Assembly: GCA_951406725.2 (NCBI GenBank)
Contig: OX597840.1
Coordinates: forward strand, 11,346,001 to 11,410,000
Reading direction: 5' to 3'
Source of the DNA: Octopus vulgaris
Lineage: Eukaryota
Length of the DNA stretch: 64,000 bases
Of the stretch, positions 1-15,530 are shown in pieces. Position 1 is the stretch's first letter. Every line of letters starts with the position of its first letter. Below the pieces are notes generated by a model. That model saw nothing but the letters and a program-made list of their open reading frames with translations. It did not search any database and was not told the DNA's origin. Made by a program: the position numbers and the translations under genes.

Positions 1-228
1 GCACACCTGTCTACTAGTAATCTGTGTGTGCAACCTGGTAATTAAGACGTTTGGGCAACTGACTTCTACTATTGTCTCAAGCTGACCAAAGCCTTATGAA
101 CGGATTTGGCAGACAGAATCTGATAGAAGCTCGTTGTAATTAATAAATCTCCTAGTATATTCCATCTTCCGTCTTTCATTTACCAATATACATAACGAAC
201 ACTGTGATAGAGACCAGGTAGGTTTTAT

Positions 229-600
<372 letters not shown>

Positions 601-872
601 ATAATATATCTCTGAACGAGGTATATATATCTATATATATAGGGGTAAAATATGAAAAATCAACGAAAATGCATATTGCAAATAGAAAAAGGCTATTTAT
701 GACAGGTAACGACAAATATATACATTTAGAATGACTGAGGTAGTAATACGAGTCATAAAAGTCATTATTATGAGATGATTATAAGATGATAATAAAGTAA
801 GAGAACAAAACAAACCAATGGTTTACGCAAAGCTATTCATCGTTTGAACATATATATATATATATATATACA

Positions 873-1110
873 CTGTTGTGTCTGGGGAGAGTCATTCTCT
901 TTTAGTGCCTTATTATTTAACACACTCATCGGTAAAATTTCCACTTATTTCTTATTTTTATTTTCTAAAATTTTCGTTGGAAATTTTACCGGTGAGTGTG
1001 TTAAATAATAAGGCACTAAAAGAGAATGACTCTCCCCAGACACAACAGAATATGCTTCAACACACGAACTTATATAAAGAATCTTGCAAACCAAATCCAA
1101 AAGCGAAATA
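873..1110. mobile_element. Foldback (palindromic) element, internally deleted copy; same family as 26297-27196
   Basis: ctgttgtgtctggggagagtcattctc...ggtaaaatttcc is inverted as ggaaattttaccgg...gagaatgactctccccagacacaacag. Flanked by (TA)n. Confidence 0.8.
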
Positions 1111-1204
1111 TATAAATATATATATATACATACATATATACATACATATATATATATACATATATATACATACATGCATACACAGACAGACACACATATA
1201 TAAA

Positions 1205-1441
1205 TATCTGTGTGGGAGTGTGTCTTTGTGTCCCAGTTTGTCCCCCTAACACTGCTTGACAACCGGTGCTGGTGTGTTTACATCCCCCGTAACTTCACAG
1301 TTCGGCAAAAGGATCCGATGGAATAAGTACCAGGATTTAGAACGAAAAAAAGATGTCTTGGGGGTCGATTTACTCAACTAAAAATTTCTCAAGACGGTGC
1401 CCCAGCATGGCCGCAGCCTAAAGACTGAAACCAGTAAAAGA
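1205..1441 (+). mobile_element. Diverged 3' half of SINE family 1
   Basis: gcttgacaaccggtgctggtgtgttta...cggtgccccagcatggccgcagcctaaagactgaaacc matches the SINE1 3' half. Confidence 0.8.
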
Positions 1442-1486
1442 CATTCTTGTATGTATGTGTGTATATATATATATATATATATGTAT

Positions 1487-1695
1487 AAAGTTAATCCAAA
1501 CATGAAAACACAAAGAGAAAACACAACAACGCGAGGACGTGGAGCAAATATAGTATTAATGGACGCTCAAGAAAGAAGGGAAGAAGGAGGATTTAACATT
1601 TCGAGCGGAGTTCTTCGTCAGAAACATAGGAAAAGGAAAAGTCCAAGGAAGGGAAGACGGAGGGGAAAAATCGCCAACGGTACACACGCGGTCAT
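1487..1695 (-). mobile_element. ~210-bp HHR-bearing cassette (family H1) next to (TA)n
   Basis: Reverse complement of 28085-28292. At 1591-1625 the minus strand reads gttt-CTGACGA-agaac-tcc-gctc-GAAAT-GTT-aaat. Confidence 0.75.
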
Positions 1696-1838
1696 GCGTG
1701 TGTGCTTGTGTTTCTGTTTGTCCTCACTGAATGTATGTTTGTACGCATGAATGAATGTAGGTGTAAAATAAACTATGAAAATTCTGATTGGGAGTACGTT
1801 AACAGAAAACAGGTGTTAGCAATTTAAAAGCGAAAAAT

Positions 1839-2258
1839 GGATCTTTTCGGTTTGACCGGCAGTTTTTAAAAATAATTTCTAGGCAACTAAACACTTTTAA
1901 ACTTCGTATGCTGGTAGAATGTGTTTATAAAATATCTTTTTCTTTTGGCTTTTTTGACAAAATTCTATATTTTCTAAGATATTTGTTGTAGTTTTTTTCT
2001 TCAATTTCTGCAATTTCAACCGATCAGTGACGTCTATTGAGGTGAAAACATTCTGTGCCGTATGAATATGTCCCTCGTTTAAGAAACAGATTGGGTTTAT
2101 TTACATTTCTGAAGAAAAAAAGATACCCTTCCCCCCACCCTTAACCCTAACCCTAAAACAGATTGAAATGCAATAGATCGATATTAGGGTCATAATTATG
2201 GGTGACAATTTCATATGACACCGCTAGAAAAAACTGCCGTTCAAACCGAAAAGATACC
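1839..2258. mobile_element. MITE / non-autonomous DNA transposon with ~27-bp TIRs
   Basis: atcttttcggtttgaccggcagttttt ... aaaaactgccgttcaaaccgaaaagat, with internal taaccctaaccct. Confidence 0.8.
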
Positions 2259-2642
2259 TAAAAATAAGTAGTTAAATGTAAGTGTGAGGTGCTCCTTAGA
2301 CAAAAGGACAGCCTTCTGGGGTCCCATAGAAAATCCAACAAATTGAAGATAAACCGGATTACAAGAAAGGTTCGTGATCGACCGGAGAGGAATGGTGTTT
2401 GCATTCAATTCTTTTACAGGCGTCCGCCACACAAACAATTTCGCCATGGCTACGAACACACGCAAACACACACACAAACACACACTCATATACACACACG
2501 CACATATACACTTCCACACGCGCACACACTCATATATACATATTTACACATACACATATATATCTATATATATATATATACACATATCTATATAAACATA
2601 CATTTGTATACATATAAACACGTGTATATATATATATATGTT

Positions 2643-2693
<51 letters not shown>

Positions 2694-2826
2694 CATATAC
2701 ATAGAGAGAGATATATACATACATACATAAATATACATACATATATATACATACATATACATATATATATATATATACATACATATTTATATAAATATAT
2801 ATATTGGTTTTTGTACTTATAAATAT

Positions 2827-2920
<94 letters not shown>

Positions 2921-2951
2921 ATGTATATAACAAAGATGTACAAGTGTAAAT

Positions 2952-2991
2952 TCACTACGGCCGTTTCATGGGGCTCCATTTCATTGAGTGA
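2952..2991 (-). ncRNA. Degenerate minimal type I hammerhead ribozyme motif
   Basis: Minus strand reads tcac-TCAATGA-a-atgg-agcc-ccat-GAAAC-ggcc-GTA-gtga. Stems I and II and the palindromic stem III are intact; the core is mutated. Confidence 0.55.
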
Positions 2992-3293
2992 TGAAAACAT
3001 TACATCATTTTGAAAGAAACTGTATAGAAAGTACATTTCTGAATTACCCAGACCGGGTGTCTTCACCTGGCTGGGTTGCATTGTCTACACACACGACGTT
3101 GGAATATTGGGTACAAACACCCTTACATGGAGTCTTGATATTCAGTATTCAAATAATATTCGTGGAGTGTGCGGACTACACCGAACGAGCAACGTGCCTC
3201 AACTTAATTAACTGATTCTACTGACTCTTAGTTATATTTGCGTGTATGTGTGTGTGTGAGTGTGTGTGTGTGCGTGTATGTGTGTGTGTATGC

Positions 3294-3347
<54 letters not shown>

Positions 3348-3499
3348 TACATATGAGTATGTATGTGTGTATGTATTGAAATACCACCCAACTGAAATAA
3401 GTATATACATATATATATATATATATATATAGACCCATACACAGACATACACACACATACACACTCACATATATATGTATAATATAGATATAAATATAT

Positions 3500-3542
3500 A
3501 AGCTGAGAACAGAACCCATTAATATATACATACATACATACA

Positions 3543-3573
<31 letters not shown>

Positions 3574-4320
3574 CTGTAAACATACACAAACACATGCTCA
3601 TATGCATATATGCATGCATAAGTACATCCATTCATACATACATACATACACACATACATACATACATACATTCATACATACATACACACATACATACGTA
3701 CATACATTCATACATACACACATACATATGTATACATATACATACATACATACATACATACATACATACATACATACATACATACACACATACATTCATA
3801 CATACACACATACATACATACATACATACATACATACATACATACACACATACATTCATACATACACACATACATACACACATACATTCATACATACATA
3901 CATACATTCATACATACACACATACATACACACATACATACATACATACATACATACATACACACATACATACATACATACATACACACATACATTCATA
4001 CATACACACATACATATATATATACATACATACATTCATACATACACACATACATATGTATACATATACATACATACATACATACATACATACATACATA
4101 CATACATACATACATACATACATACACACATACATACATACATACACACATACATATGTATACATATACATACATACATTCATACATACACACATACATA
4201 CATACATACATACATACATACATACATACATACATACATACATACATACATACATACATACATACATACATACATACATACATACATACATACACACATA
4301 CATACATACATACGTACATA
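3500..4320. repeat. Long (TACA)n-type microsatellite, representative of dozens of simple-repeat tracts in the window
   Basis: Direct inspection. Confidence 0.95.
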
Positions 4321-4813
4321 TTTATACGCGTTGTGAATTCCGACCTGGAATCCAGTATAACTTATCGCCAGATCGAACTCAAAACCTACTTCCTACAAAA
4401 AGCCAATGTTTGCATTATTCAGCAGGTGGTGCCTTAACAAAAGTACAATTGGTTCCTGGCATTCTTGTGAATTCTTCAAAGGCCAAAGTCTGGTCTTTTG
4501 AAGAAATTCCAGGAATGAGTTCACGAAACAACTGTACTCTTACTTGACGTCAAACGATGATGAAATGCGCACACGCACAGACACACAGACACACAGACAC
4601 CCCGCACACACACACACACTCACATATATACATGCATACATACATACATACATACAAACACTTCAATATATACAAGTAGATACACACACATATATATATA
4701 CACACATATACATACACACACATACACATGCGCACTTACATAATACATATATACACGCAAATTCACACTCATAAATATATGCACATATATATATATATAT
4801 GTATATATATACA

Positions 4814-4862
<49 letters not shown>

Positions 4863-4937
4863 ACACATACATTTATGCATACATTCATACTTATACACAT
4901 ACATACATACGACACACATATATATATATGCATTATA

Positions 4938-4982
<45 letters not shown>

Positions 4983-5062
4983 GCCTACATGCATGCAAAC
5001 ACACACACACATATATATATACAAATATATATATGTGTGTATATTATATATAGTATTATATG

Positions 5063-5099
<37 letters not shown>

Positions 5100-5560
5100 C
5101 ATACATACATACATATGCAGTCATGCGCACGTACATACATATATACATAAAAACGCACACGCCCAAACACGCGCATGCATACACATACATTGATATACAT
5201 ACATACATACATACATACATACATACATACATACATACATACATACATACATACATACATACATACATACATACACGATGTGGTCGCTTCGATCCCTGGA
5301 CCGAAGGTGATAGTGGGGTGGGGTAGTGGTTTGTTCTTGAGCAAGAGACTTCATTCATATCAGCTTCGTGCTGTCCACTTAGAAGATGAAGATGAGTAAC
5401 TCCGAGACAGATTAACGTCCAATCGAGACGGATTATCGTGATCGAGCGCTTAATACGGAATATGTCTACGGGGAAGCGCATTGTGTCCAGCCGCATTCGA
5501 TAGCCTCCTCCATTAAATGATACACATTTTCACGTATATTATACGTGTATATATATATAT

Positions 5561-5613
<53 letters not shown>

Positions 5614-5654
5614 CATACATACATACATACATACATACATACACATATACGTAC

Positions 5655-5707
<53 letters not shown>

Positions 5708-5788
5708 CATACATATACATATGGTTATATATATATATATATAGACACACATATTATTATATAAATATATATACATATACACATATAT

Positions 5789-5822
<34 letters not shown>

Positions 5823-5873
5823 GCACACATATATATACACATATATATATACACATTTATGTATATATATATT

Positions 5874-5904
<31 letters not shown>

Positions 5905-5966
5905 GTATGTATATACATATACACATATATATACATATGTTTGTATGTATGCATGTATATAAACGT

Positions 5967-6008
<42 letters not shown>

Positions 6009-6023
6009 ATATATATTCTTGTG

Positions 6024-6056
<33 letters not shown>

Positions 6057-6460
6057 ATGTGTGTGTGTGTATGTATGTATGTATACATGTATGTATGCAT
6101 GTATATTTTGAATAACTCGCCGGTATATTGAAGATATTTGGAAAAGGAATATTATATAGATATAATAAAAAAGAAATATATACATTTTTGCATAGATATA
6201 TGCATTTAGAAACACGCACACACACACACACGCACACACGCACACACACACACAAACACACACACGCACACACACAAGCACGCAGGCACACACACACACA
6301 TGTTTTTAAAAAAAACACCAATGAGTCCGACAAAATGCAATTCGTTTCGTCCGGACGAACATGATACCTATGCATTTTGAGCCCTTTAATAGAATTAGTC
6401 CAACAATGTTCTTATCAGCTGCTAACCCCAAGATAAAGAAATATACATCCTATTGTATAA

Positions 6461-6520
<60 letters not shown>

Positions 6521-6886
6521 GCGCACACACATACACACATACACAAACATACAGATATATATAATTATATATATAGAAAGAGACAGAGAGAAGACAAATA
6601 TACATATATATATATATATATATAACTCCTTAAATCCTTAAAAATGTGTACAAAAATATATATATAAAAATACAAAATGGGACAAGAACGCAAAACACTC
6701 AAAGAGACGACACAAAAAACGGACGGGTCATTCGAAGCCTCTAATCTTCAGTCAAGAACCGGATCATCCTCGCAATTTCGGCTGATATATATATATATAT
6801 ATATACGCGCGCACACTCATACACATGCGCGCACACACACACATATATATCCATCTATGTATATATTTATATATATGTGTGCGTGC

Positions 6887-6930
<44 letters not shown>

Positions 6931-7219
6931 GTATTTTTATATATGTTCGTTCGCTGCACAGGTCTTGTGTTATCTCCACCAGCAAGCTAGTGTGTGTACG
7001 TGTTTTTTGGCAACATTGTGAATGATCAGCTGAAATCCGTAGACACCTGCTTCAGGAACTTTCGTGTGTGTGAGTTTGAGTGGATATGTATGTACAGACA
7101 GACAGATAGCTAGATACGTAGATATGTAGGTAGGTATGTAGAAAGATAGATAGATAGACAGACAGACAGGCAGACAGATAGATATGTAAGTAGGTATGTA
7201 GGTAGGTAGGTAGGTAGGT

Positions 7220-7359
<140 letters not shown>

Positions 7360-7545
7360 TGATAGATAGATAGATAGATAGACAGACATACATACATATA
7401 CATGCACACACACACACGACACACACACACTCATATATATATAGATATAGATATAATATAGATATAGATAGATAGACAGACACACAGACAGACAGACAGA
7501 CAGACACTCAGACAGACAGACAGACAGACAGACAGATAGACAGAC

Positions 7546-7604
<59 letters not shown>

Positions 7605-7667
7605 TAGATAGATAGATAGATAGATACATACATACATACATACATACATACATACATACATACATAC

Positions 7668-7718
<51 letters not shown>

Positions 7719-7719
7719 T

Positions 7720-7798
<79 letters not shown>

Positions 7799-9043
7799 TG
7801 CAGATAGACGGTTATATCCTCTAGTTTGACGAAAATCGATGTATATTCGGAAAGAAAAGTACAAATTCTGTAAAATATATTAAGTGATCCGAAATATTCA
7901 AATATCGCGGCCCTTTTGAGCCCAATTTTGTACTTTTGACTATAAATATGAAATATCCACAACCTTCATCTTCACATCGCGTATTTTTACGTAAATTTTT
8001 ATGTGTGTGTATGTATATATATACATACACATATATATATACACACATGTGTGTAAATGTGTGTATCCCCAAATTTGGCATAATTCCTTTGTATCACGTT
8101 TTATCGTCTGTTTCTATGAATTCGTTTTTTCGCGTGCGTTAAAGTTTACAACAGTCAGAAGACCGGCGTGTTTGTCCATGTCGTGTCTTCTTTATGTACC
8201 TCGCGCTAGCGGTTCGACAAACCCAGTCCAATAAAATACTTTCCAAGCTGAAATGAAAACAGGGTGTCGAAATCATCGACCAAACTCTTGCTGCCGGTAA
8301 TCCGTTGTTGTATTAATCCAAAAACTGAAACCGATCGAAGAATAACAGTATATACATATACATATACATACATGCATGCATATATACCCACATACATACA
8401 TACATACATACATACATACATACATACATACATACATACATACATACATACATACATTTATACATACATACATACATACAAACATACATACATACATACA
8501 TACATATATGTACATATACAAATATACAGACGACACATATATATGCATATATATATATATAAATAGATATATAAATACATATACTCGCATATGTACATAT
8601 GTGTGTGTGTGTGTGTGAGTGTGTGCATGTGTGTGCGTGTATATAGCTACGCTTGTTTAAATTAACACTATCACATCCATAAATATTGCACGACTGTATA
8701 CAAATTTCACACTCATACATACATACATGCATATATACATACATATATATATATATAATTTATAAAATATATATATGTATATATATATATATACATATAT
8801 ATAATATACATATATGTATATATATAATATACATATATATAATATATGTATATATATATATATATATATATGCATGTATATACGTATATATATATATGCA
8901 TGTGTATACATATATAAATATATATATATGAATAAATAAATGGAGTTTAACGCAGGTGCAATCAAATATTTTTACTTTCGACACATGTTTCGAAAATTCC
9001 ACTGATACTAATTGTTAACAAGGTAAAAATACACTCATCTATT

Positions 9044-9107
<64 letters not shown>

Positions 9108-9141
9108 CATACATACATACATACATACATACATACATACA

Positions 9142-9173
<32 letters not shown>

Positions 9174-9367
9174 GTTACGTGTCTGTGTGTGAGTATATAT
9201 GTGTGTGTGTGCTCATATACACAAATATACATACACATACATATGCATACATAAGAAATAATAAGAGACAATTTTTTTAAGCACCTGTTAAGTTTGCAAT
9301 CCTGATATATCTAAATATACATACATACATATATACATACATATATCCATACATAATATCCATACAC

Positions 9368-9454
<87 letters not shown>

Positions 9455-9521
9455 CACGCACACACATACGTTTACCCGTACCCGCATACATACACACATA
9501 AATATGGTAATTCCCACTTAC

Positions 9522-10419
9522 ATGGATGTGAGACCAGTATCCGCTGCAACGGCCGTAAGGTATGTCCACCATATTCATTATCAAAATCCTGTTTCCGTCC
9601 CGAATGGAAAGGCGAATCCTTTTGCATGGTATGTCCGCTAATTGCATGCTGTACAGTAGGAATTTGAGGGATAGAAGGGTCTTTTATGTCTGGCACTGTT
9701 GATAATCCTAAATATTTCAAAATATTATCTTTAATTAATGCCAATCGGAGTTGCATTTCATTGTCTCTTTGTCTGCATTTCGGACATTTGTTAGGTAAAC
9801 TTGTCCCATTGTCCTTGTGCTTTGCGCTATTATTAATATTATTATGATTTTTATTTTTATTATTAGTAGTTTTAGTTGTGTTAGTATTAGTATTTTTACT
9901 GTTATGATGATGATTATTTTTGTTATGGCTTTTGTTTTTATTATGATGATGATGTTTATTATGATTATTATTATTATGTTTATTATCCTTGGAACTGTGT
10001 CCTTCTGGCGTATAAACGGAGATCTTTCTGTCTATGGACGTTTCAGTCTGCTGCGCTCTGTCGCCATAAAATTCATCGTGTCTTCGTTTTGTGTAACCGT
10101 CCTCAAGAGCAACCATGGATTTCCCCGAATTCTCTTTGAGCGGCAAACGCAACTTCGTCGATTCCTTCCCGTCGTCGGCAGAGTCGCCCTGATGTTGCCG
10201 ACTGGAGGTCGTGCGACGATGGTTCTGCTGATGGTGGTGATGCGGGTGATGATGGTGATGATTGTGGGGTTTTCGAGAGTAACCTCGCGAAAGGATTCGT
10301 CCGGCTGGCGCTGATGTGCTGTGTCTAGAGTCCTCGTTTCGGTTCACGCCGGCAACGAGGAGGGTTAAAGAGTTAAAGTACAGACCAAAACACAGAACTA
10401 TCAACTTCAACCACAACAT
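9522..10419 (-). CDS. MSTN: First coding exon of a TGF-beta family ligand, myostatin/GDF11/myoglianin-like (signal peptide plus N-terminal prodomain, 299 codons + 1 nt)
   Basis: ATG at 10419 begins hydrophobic [31 protein letters not shown]...[22 protein letters not shown] resembles the CxxC...RLEAIKxQILSKLxL..PNI latency region. MQKDSP...DNEY resembles the GDF8/11 tolloid-site region. The exon ends at a canonical phase-1 donor CCAT|GTAAGT (gtaagt = 9521-9516), as in myostatin exon 1. Myostatin versus activin assignment needs the mature domain. Confidence 0.8.
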
Positions 10420-10564
10420 GTCCAACGTCTGTTTCCAAGAATCACTTAAAGTGACAAGCGCACTATCAAATGTTCCTCGCCTTTCGTATTTGCAGCTTCG
10501 TTTGGCTCTCTGCTCGGTAACAATATACAAAACAAAATATGTAGCTTTGCCGACATCCTGTTGG

Positions 10565-10572
10565 TTTATATA
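10565..10572 (-). promoter_or_regulatory. Candidate TATA box (TATATAAA) ~150 bp upstream of the ATG; alternatively a splice acceptor (ttttattgcattag) at 10581
   Basis: Minus strand reads aaagcTATATAAAccaac. Motif only. Confidence 0.3.
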
Positions 10573-10600
10573 GCTTTTTACTAATGCAATAAAATAAAAT

Positions 10601-10636
<36 letters not shown>

Positions 10637-10643
10637 ACACACG

Positions 10644-10677
<34 letters not shown>

Positions 10678-11579
10678 GAGGCAGACGCACAAGCACGCTT
10701 ATGCGATTACACGCTCACACGCACATGCTTATAGGCGTATATGCATACGCATATATGCTCATAAGCATGTACACTCTATATTATATATATATATACATAT
10801 ATATGTATATGTATATAATATATATATGTGTGTGTGTATGTGTGTGTGTGTATTCATATGTGGTGGTGCGTATGCGTGTGTGAGAAGAGAGGTGGGGAGT
10901 AAAGCGTGTGTGTGTGTGTATATGCGCACATACACACGCGTAGTACACACACGCACGCACACACACGCACGCACACACATACACACACATACATACAAAC
11001 ACACACACACACACACACAGCCACACGTACACATCCACCGCAAACTCGTGCAGGCCTGTTTCAGCCAATAGGAGACTGTTTTGTCGACAGGCAGGCAGAG
11101 CTACAAGTCTTTCTCGATTCACGGACACAAACCTTCTCTTGAAGTGAATAAATGCTATTTTTTTGATGCCATTAGCAAATTAAACCAAAGAAAAATGGAT
11201 GAAAAATTCCAAGATATTCATTCCTCAATTAGAGAACGGATTTCTTCTGTACTTTTAAAATTGCTTTTCTACCTTACTTTTTTTTATTTTTATACTTGAT
11301 TTTTCTTTTACGGTTCTTTTTTTTTTTTTTCGTGTTTTTCTATTTCTTTGAAGAATCTTCGTCATTAATTTTTTTTTATTTTATTTCCAACGCGAAAAAA
11401 AAAGATGTTTAAGTGTGCCTGTAGGTGTTTTGTGGTCTAAAAACTGGTTTACGTGCAAATCCCCGCCCCAACACGACCTTCCAAATTTACCTTAACCTCT
11501 GCTACCGGTATCTATCTATCTATTTATCTATCTTTCTATCTATCTATCCATCCATCCATCCATCTACCTACCTACCTAC

Positions 11580-11618
<39 letters not shown>

Positions 11619-11681
11619 CCTATCCATCTACCTACCTACCTACCTACCTATCTATCTATCTATCTATCCATCCATCCATCC

Positions 11682-11720
<39 letters not shown>

Positions 11721-11794
11721 CATCTACCTACCTACCTACCTACCTATCTATCTATCTATCTATCTATCTATCGATCGATCGATCGATCTATCTA

Positions 11795-11826
<32 letters not shown>

Positions 11827-11908
11827 CGTATCTATTTATCTATCTACCTGTTTGTCTATGTAGACAGATACATGAATAGATAGATAGAGAGAGAGATAAA
11901 GATAATTT

Positions 11909-11952
<44 letters not shown>

Positions 11953-11990
11953 CATATATATATATGATACACATATATATATATAATATA

Positions 11991-12034
<44 letters not shown>

Positions 12035-12056
12035 TGTATGCATATATATATATGAT

Positions 12057-12136
<80 letters not shown>

Positions 12137-12347
12137 ATATATATATATATAATACATATACACACGCACATGTATATGTTTATGAGATGCATTATACACA
12201 GACACACATACATTTGTGTGTGTGTATGTCTGTGACTTAGTGCGTGTTAGCACGTGCGCGTTAGAAAGAGAGAAAATAGATAGATAGATAGACAGATATT
12301 CATACATGCACGCACAAATATATATTATATATATATATGTGTGTGTG

Positions 12348-12475
<128 letters not shown>

Positions 12476-13090
12476 GATAAAATGAAACAGTGACTGCTTT
12501 AGGTTACAGTCTAGATATGATGTGGGGATGGTGGCGATAAAAGAGGTCGGAGAGAGAGAGAGAGAGAGAGAGAGAGTGTGTGTGTGTTTTCTTGTGCGTG
12601 TGCGTGTGTGCGCGCGCGCGTGTGTTCGACAGGGGGGTGGGGTCAGAACCGCTGGAAGAAGCCAGTAGATTCGTTTGCCGTCTTCTTTTGACTCCACCCC
12701 TTTCGCAACTTGCTTCGTCAAAGACGAACCAACCAGGAATGCCCCCCCCCCCCCGCCTCCACTTCGCCGCCGCTCAAGGCTTTTAGAAATAGCAGCTAAA
12801 TTACACTTCAAATCATATCTTTTAACTTCTTAAAACAATGAAGGAAGAATGCGCCCCGGAGATAAAAAAAAGTAAAAAAAAGGAATTAAATAAGTATACT
12901 GGATGGGCACGGTTGGAATATTACTACTATATCGGTGTTGACCTTGAGTCAAACAACCGATTCTCTTTTTTTTCTTCCCCCGCTGATCTTCTTCTTCTCC
13001 TTCTTCTTCTTCTTCTTCTTCTTCTTCTTCTTCTTCTTCTTCTTCTTCTTCTTCTTCTTCTTCTTCTCTTTCTTCTTCTTCTTCTTCTTC

Positions 13091-13126
<36 letters not shown>

Positions 13127-13456
13127 TTCTTCTTCTTCATCTTCTTTTTCTTCTTCTTCTTCTCCTCCTCCTCCTCCCTCTTCTTCTTCGACTATTTCTT
13201 TCTCTTCTTCTTCCTCTTCTTCTTCTTTTTCTCCTTCTTCTTTTTCTTCTTCTTCTTCTTCAAATTTTAGAGATACTTCCACGTATACGGTCTGAGTTCA
13301 AATTCCGCCGAGGTCGACTTTCCTTTTCATCCTTTCGGGAGTCGATTAAATAAGTACCAGTTACGCACTGGGGTCGATGGATGTAATCGACTTAATCCCT
13401 TACCCCAAATTTGAAGCCTTGTGCTTCCTGTAGAAAGAATTATTATTATCATCATT

Positions 13457-13530
<74 letters not shown>

Positions 13531-13810
13531 TATCAACATTATTATTATGGTAACGAGCAGGCGGAATCGTTAGCACGGTGAACGAAAGGCTTAGCGCTAT
13601 TCCGCCAGTCGCCACGTTCTGAGTTCAAATTCCGCCGAGGTCGATTTTGCTTAGAAAACAGTTGGGTAATTGGGTCGATCCAATCGACTAGCTCCTCACC
13701 CACAAAATTTCAGATCTTGTGCCTCATATCGATGAGGTGGCATGAATTTTGTAATTTTATGTGAACTCTTGTGGCCAATAAAAAATGAATCATCATCATC
13801 ATCATCATCA

Positions 13811-13871
<61 letters not shown>

Positions 13872-13884
13872 CATCATTTTTATT

Positions 13885-13916
<32 letters not shown>

Positions 13917-14076
13917 CATCATCATTATTATTATCATTATTATTATTATTATCATTATTATTATTATTATCATTATCATTATTATTATTATTATCATTAT
14001 TATTATTATCATTATTATTATTATCCTCATCATTATTATTATTATCATTATTAGTATTATTATCATTATTATTATT

Positions 14077-14111
<35 letters not shown>

Positions 14112-14163
14112 TATCATCATTATTATTATTATTATTATCATTATTATTATCATCATTTTTATT

Positions 14164-14198
<35 letters not shown>

Positions 14199-14678
14199 TG
14201 AGTGAGAGAGCGGTGCATGCCATCAAAGTGACACTGGGGTAAAATATACGAAGCCCAATATACCCATCATGACTACCCGTCTGATAAAGGTACACCAGAC
14301 ACATGCATCACAACCATATGTGCGCGACATGGTTATCTCATATCAAGATAAACAGCACATGACCTTGCAGGTGGGGCCCAGTTAGAATTTTCTTCGGGTT
14401 GAGTAGCCCATCCCGCTCAAAAGGTCCCTGAATAAGGGTTGTTTAAGGATGTTGAAAGAACCACCCATGTTTCCAGAGGTGAATTATTCAAACCTCAAAG
14501 AATCCCTCTCAACACACGGCTATGATACTCCCCCACTACTTCTGCTCGTGATCAGAGATGCACATACCGTCAGCCACTAATGGACATGCTCAACTGGTTA
14601 AGGTCAAACAACTGACAAGCAAATCTGTGGTATTGAGCAGAATATTTGCTGTAGCCCATCTTTTATACCAAGACAAAA
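14199..14678 (-). mobile_element. ~480-bp non-coding element family ending in (TAA)n, copy 1
   Basis: Closely similar to 15530-16010 and 29379-29885; the 3' end ...ctctctcactca abuts (ATA)n in every copy. Confidence 0.85.
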
Positions 14679-14762
14679 TTATTATTATCATTATTATTAT
14701 CATCATTTTTATTATTATCATTATCATTATTATTATTATTGTTGTTGTTATTGTTGTTGTTC

Positions 14763-14832
<70 letters not shown>

Positions 14833-14833
<1 letters not shown>

Positions 14834-15455
14834 TTCTCTTCATTACAGGTTTTGTTGGAGCTCCTGGAATCTTGCATGCGTAGCGGGCTTACTACCAGCA
14901 GCCTACGGTACCACGCTATCCGTTATTTTCAACTATCTGATACTTTCCTGATTATTCTGGCCGTGCCAAGGAGGCAAACCTTTTGTAACAGTTCTACTGG
15001 GCACTCTATTCCAATTTCCTTTATATTCCCCTTGCTGCCTTCTGATACTGTTCCCCAAGGACCCAACAATAATTGGCGCCATCTTCACCTTCTTCATTTT
15101 CTATAGCCGGACTATTTCGTACTTCAGAGGGTTTTATCTATCTATGTATCTATCTATCTATCTATCTTTTAACCTTTCTTCTTGACTATTCGTGGGGGTC
15201 AAAGAGACATGCAACATCAACTATAAAGCATATGTGGAGCACCTTGACCACCACCACTGGGTCCAATCTGTTTGGATTCGGAAATCCCACTCTCTGCGGT
15301 TTGTGCTCATACCACCTCTTGCCTCTTTCTAGACATCAGTCTTTGCACATTTTCATTTTTAGCACTTTCGCTACCTAGTCGTGTCCCCACAATTTGTAAT
15401 GGTTTGGGGCAAGTCTAGGGCATTCGTTCGTGATATGGGCAATGGATTCTTCCAC

Positions 15456-15456
<1 letters not shown>
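14833..15456 (-). mobile_element. Degraded 3' end of an R4/Dong-like non-LTR element (zinc knuckle and restriction-like endonuclease) in (TAA)n
   Basis: Minus-strand fragments: EESIAHITNECPRLAPNHYKLWGHD, KRWYEHKPQRV, DFRIQTD, CFIVDVAC, PIIVGSLG, ELLQKVCLLGTARIIRKV. Short UTR, then (TAA)n. Confidence 0.8.

Positions 15457-15529
<73 letters not shown>

Positions 15530-15530
<1 letters not shown>

Noticed and set aside
2138-2156. Interstitial telomere
   Set aside because: Only about 2.5 repeat units, and they lie inside a TIR element.
2241-2525. Possible exon 2 of the TGF-beta gene (AKLFVWRTP)
   Set aside because: Only vague resemblance to the AxLWxYLR motif, with no WxxxDV or other prodomain motifs and no convincing splice sites.
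5276-5510. GC-richer island in the intron as exon or conserved element (also 8140-8340)
   Set aside because: Contains decayed SINE words (ttcgatccc, tgttcttgagcaag; cggttcgacaaa), so more likely old SINE relics.
10420-10692. N-terminal 91 aa of the 406-aa ORF
   Set aside because: It starts in a (TG)n tract; the signal peptide begins at the ATG at 10419.
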